Source: Eledone cirrhosa
Taxonomy: Eukaryota
Direction of reading: 5' to 3'
Length of the DNA stretch: 64,000 nucleotides
Assembly (NCBI GenBank): GCA_964016885.1
Contig: OZ024740.1
Coordinates: 270,382,001 to 270,446,000, forward strand
This document shows positions 59,276 to 64,000 of this stretch, one piece after another. A program made the position numbers and the translations under genes. The notes under the pieces are model-generated. The model ran no database searches. It worked only from the letters and a program-made list of their open reading frames with translations, and was not told where the DNA came from. Within the stretch, counting starts at the first letter, position 1. Every line of letters starts with the position of its first letter.

Positions 59276-60876
59276 TATTGTCAATTTACTTTTCAATTTA
59301 TATATCATATCTATATACATATATATATGCGTATAATACCAATACGCACACTACATATGCTAGCAGAAAAAACCGCCCGAGGGGCGGTTCTTCTGCTAGT
59401 CAATTTAATATTACTCACATGGAACAAACCAATGGTGAAATAGGTTTAAGACCACCACGAAATATATATCTGTACAACGCCAAGAAAATTACAGGGATGA
59501 AGAAGAAGGAGCGGCATGAGGAATTGTTGATGACCAGGATGGTGAAGGACGCAGCTATTAATGTGCACGTACGACCTCTGTAAATTATGGATTTTTAATT
59601 TAAATTTCTGCTGAAAGGATTAAAGTATTTATTCTGTAAATTCTTGTTATCGGTTAATGGATTAGCCTCTTTAACATCAGTTTGTCGTTAATCACAGCTA
59701 GGAAAGATTAGGCAACTTTCTATTGTAAGATAAAAATGATTTGCAGATGTAGATACAAAGTTTTGTATTAAGTTTTGACCATTTTATAGTGTTTTCAATT
59801 TGTCTAGATAAGTATATAAATACAGAATAATTATTGGGAATTATTTCTGACCTATTTTAGTTAAAGACAAACGGACAGGTTAAAATAGCGTAGTTTTATT
59901 ATTAGTGCTTTCATTAGTCACAATATAATCAGAATATGAAATAAATTTACGAGAACACAAAATTACAATTTGGTCTAACGTCTAATCGTATGTGATTGAT
60001 ATTTATTGAATCGGTAGTAAGCCCCTACTAAGTTGGATAGTGCATCAATTTTATACATAAATAGTCGGTAGTTCTTCAGTTTTCCATTTGGAGATTACAA
60101 GAATTAAAAGAATGAAAACAGAACTAAAGCAAAAAGAAAAAAGAGGAAATGATAATATGAAGTGAGGGCCAGCCATTAGTAACCAGAAGGATTTTCAATT
60201 AACTTTCAATATGTCTTTGCAATGAATTAGATTATTTTTCACATTTTTCAAGAGACCATTCTTGAGAGCCAATACAGCTGTTGACATATTGCCCCAACTG
60301 ACCTCCAGCCATAATAGAGTTAACGAACATTTTCGTCAATTAATCTGTATTCGATAAATACAAAGTGGATAATTGGTACGATAAATATTAATTAAGAGAA
60401 CAAAAATACATTTTACTAAACTTCAAAAGATTTTTTCATTAATGCAGAGAAAAGGGAAAGGTAAAAAATATGATGCCTTTGTTGATGTTATTATTATTAT
60501 TGTTGCTGCTGTTTTGATTGTTGTCGTTGTTATCGTTATGACTGAGTTCTATATGTTTGCCTTTACGTTTATCAAAATGAGATAAAATAGAAACAGCTGC
60601 GAATTATAAATAATTGAAATTCATTTGTGAACAATGAGGCATATTTTCATACAAGTTTTAACGCTGGAGGAAGCCATTAATAATCAGATATAACGTAAAT
60701 ATGTGTGAATATCTGTTTCATATATGCATATATACAGAATAAGAAAAAAAATATATATATATGATGTTGGTGTCGGGTCTATAACACAAATATGTATCCT
60801 GAGCCAATCATTTATGAAACGTACGTAATATATGCATATATATATATTGTATATATATATATATACACACACACAC

Positions 60877-60936
<60 letters not shown>

Positions 60937-61022
60937 TATATACACAAACATATATATATATATATATAGATACATACATTATATAAAAATATACATGTAC
61001 ACATATATATTCACATATATAC

Positions 61023-61109
<87 letters not shown>

Positions 61110-61314
61110 CAATGTGGTCTAACCTTCGTGGTAGGTTCCGTACCGTAGATAGAACTCAATGTAATCTCATAGCGAATAATCCAGTGAAATCCATAGAACA
61201 GTCTATAGATCATTCAATATGTCAATATTATCAACCCCCAGAAACGATCGTAAAACAATAATATGAATAGGTAAAATAAATTTATTGTTATTATTTTCAT
61301 TGTTAAATTAATAC

Positions 61315-61423
<109 letters not shown>

Positions 61424-61788
61424 CCAGGGAGTGTAACTTGAAGTTACTGTAGGTTCACCCGAACATAATTATCACACAACCATAAACACCGCAATCTTTC
61501 ATCTTTATCACAAACAACAACACTACACCCACACCACACACAAAAATCAGCCACATCTATATGCCAAACTGTCTACCGACAACCAGCACCCCCAAACCAC
61601 CGCCAACTTCAACCTGCGACCGACACCACCGACTTATCACCCCCCCCCCCCCGCCACATACACATACACTACAGGCAAAAACATCCCTATGAATGAATCC
61701 ACCAATCAAAACAAACTTTAATGATCACCATAGGAACTTCTGACTTGATCATACAGCATGTATTCATTTTTCCATTAACATTACAAGG

Positions 61789-61873
61789 GGTCTGACGAGC
61801 CGCGGTTTACAGAGTCGGGTCAGATCGATACAGATCGAACCTTGAGCTGATCCGTGGTGAAACGCGCGTCATC
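61789..61873 (+). ncRNA. Type I hammerhead ribozyme with 60-nt stem II
   Basis: GGT-CTGACGA-GCCGCGG...CCGTGGT-GAAAC-GCGC-GT-C-ATC; AATAAA at 61878-61883, then (TA)n. Confidence 0.75.
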
Positions 61874-61922
61874 AACCAATAAACGTAATGAAGGAGTAAC
61901 CAATCGTCCTTGTTATCTTACT

Positions 61923-61990
<68 letters not shown>

Positions 61991-61996
61991 ACTTGT

Positions 61997-62027
<31 letters not shown>

Positions 62028-62059
62028 GATATATATATATATATATAATTTATACTTGT

Positions 62060-62111
<52 letters not shown>

Positions 62112-62117
62112 ACAAGT

Positions 62118-62182
<65 letters not shown>

Positions 62183-62201
62183 GTTTGCTTGGTTAACAGA
62201 T

Positions 62202-62280
62202 CTGAAGAGAAGTCCGATGCTGGTTTCGCGTCTATAACACACATATGTATCCTGAGCCAATGATATATGAAACGTACGTA
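62202..62280 (+). ncRNA. Degenerate long-stem-II HHR (partial relative at ~60763-60830)
   Basis: CTGAAGA-[60 nt]-GAAAC-GTAC-GT-A; stem I pairs poorly. Confidence 0.4.
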
Positions 62281-62303
62281 ACGTCGGTAATCAATTAAAG
62301 TAC

Positions 62304-62341
<38 letters not shown>

Positions 62342-62552
62342 TTATTGATTTATTGATATTTTATCTGAGTGACCCGAATCTTCCTGATCGTAATTTTTCG
62401 GTTGCATGGGTGATTTTAGACATAATCTTTGTGTGTTGGTATTTTAACGATAGTTATAGCTCTGATTTATCTGAATTATTGAGCCCTCTGCCACTCATGT
62501 CGAATTTGTTTATCGTAAACTCGTGAGCCGATTTTTCGATACTCGATTATTC

Positions 62553-62622
<70 letters not shown>

Positions 62623-62877
62623 TAGAGTGAAATAGGACTCCTGCGGTATTTTTGACTAAATAAATTAGCCTAATTTTTGGAGTTATAAAAACCCACAGAA
62701 TAAAACAATTGACGTACATGTTACACGAAGCCACATCTCTGGCTATCATGATCACTGTGTTAACCATTTACACCAATGTGTCCCCATTCAAATATCCATT
62801 CAATTTTAATCTATATAATCAGAGCGTATGAGTACATATATATATATATTTTTTTTCTTATATATATATATATCTAT

Positions 62878-62942
<65 letters not shown>

Positions 62943-63084
62943 TATATATATATATATATATATATATATCTTATATATATATATATATATATATATCTTA
63001 TATATATATATATATATATATCTTATATATATATATATATATATATCTTATATATATATATCTATATCTTATATATATATATAT

Positions 63085-63145
<61 letters not shown>

Positions 63146-63277
63146 TATATATATATATATATATATATATATGAATGTATATATAGTGTATTTTGCAATA
63201 CACTGTATGCTTAATTAAAAGCATTTCGAAGACCTTACGCTGTTGTTTTAGAGTAGTGACAGTCTCACTTACTTTAA

Positions 63278-63365
63278 TTTTCAGCAAACAGGGGAGATAA
63301 AGCTGACAGAGCTTTGTTTCGCACTTTTTGGTGCTTATCAAACTACTCCGCCTGTTTGCTGAAAA
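63278..63365 (-). ncRNA. HHR variant with long stem I, inside nested inverted repeats (63169-63570)
   Basis: Minus strand: TTTTCAGCAAACAGG...AGT-TTGATAA-GCAC-CAAAAA-GTGC-GAAACA-AAGCTC-TGT-C-AGCT...CCTGTTTGCTGAAAA. Confidence 0.55.
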
Positions 63366-63599
63366 TCATGAATGTTTGATTCTTATAGAATTCTAGTAAT
63401 AATCATAAGCATACAGTGTATTGCAAAATACACTATATATACATTCATATATATATCGCTATTTCAGAGCACCAATTCTAATTTTCAATTTCTGCTTGAA
63501 TGGCAACTGCTCTGTATAATCAGTTCCTGATTATTACTAGAATTCTATAAGAATCAAACATTCATGATTATAATACGTCATTATTTGCAACCCTGTAGT

Positions 63600-64000
63600 T
63601 AGTACTAACTGTAATTGTAGGAATCGGGTTGACTGCCCCCTATCCGGGAAATGCCTCTCTAATAACATTGTCTACAAATATAAGGTTGAAACACCAACAC
63701 CCACATAGGGTTAACCGCCAATAGATTCAAGCAGCGTCTTTACATGCATACCCATTCTTTTCGTTACCCTTTAAGAAGGAATATGACGTCACTTTCAGCT
63801 TATACCTGGAGTCTAAAACACAACCAGACCCAATATAAGTTACACTGGGAGATCCTAGCTAGGGCTAGATCGTATAACGGAAATAAAAGACTATGTGACC
63901 TCTGCGCCGCTGAGGCCCTGGAAATACTCCACGCCAAAGACCACATCTTAAACAAAAAAATCTGAGGCAATTTCGGCTTGTAAACATAAATTGCACAACA
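63600..64000 (+). mobile_element. Hydra-like PLE GIY-YIG fragment
   Basis: CNCRNRVDCPLSGKCLSNNIVYK; H..SF...TSLS.Y.W..K...W.IL.RA..Y...CDLC..E. Confidence 0.8.

Noticed and set aside
61237-61260. GAAACGATCGTA as a complete HHR
   Set aside because: Only the 3' half is present, with no upstream CTGANGA.

Overview
Eukaryotic, gene-poor, AT-rich DNA that is almost all transposable elements set in (TA)n microsatellite. The SINE and RTE 5'-UTR sequences resemble octopus/coleoid cephalopod repeats (recalled from memory, not searched). No host gene can be supported. Larger elements: a near-complete CR1-type LINE (minus strand, two lesions, CCCH finger in ORF1), an RTE LINE with an intact 1044-aa ORF, and an internally deleted Ty3/Gypsy element with two LTRs. 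There are at least eight Penelope-like element (PLE) copies or fragments of three types (Hydra-like YRDD, Neptune-like, Naiad-like). Smaller elements: several tRNA-derived SINEs, a Tc1/mariner-type MITE, a hAT-type MITE, a tRNA-like gene with a GGC anticodon, and 3' fragments of CRE-, RTE- and I/RTEX-like elements. The main signal the ORF track misses is non-coding. About 15 hammerhead-ribozyme (HHR) motifs can be read by eye in PLE pseudo-LTRs. Most have palindromic stem-III loops, and several have stem II expanded to 60-116 nt. They often sit in inverted pairs or ORF-less palindromes whose element 3' ends all point outward, mostly into (TA)n. A local duplication shows filled and empty versions of the RTE insertion site side by side, and the filled copy carries a 180-bp templated copy of the RTE. 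All folds and alignments were done by eye, and coordinates inside microsatellites are approximate.
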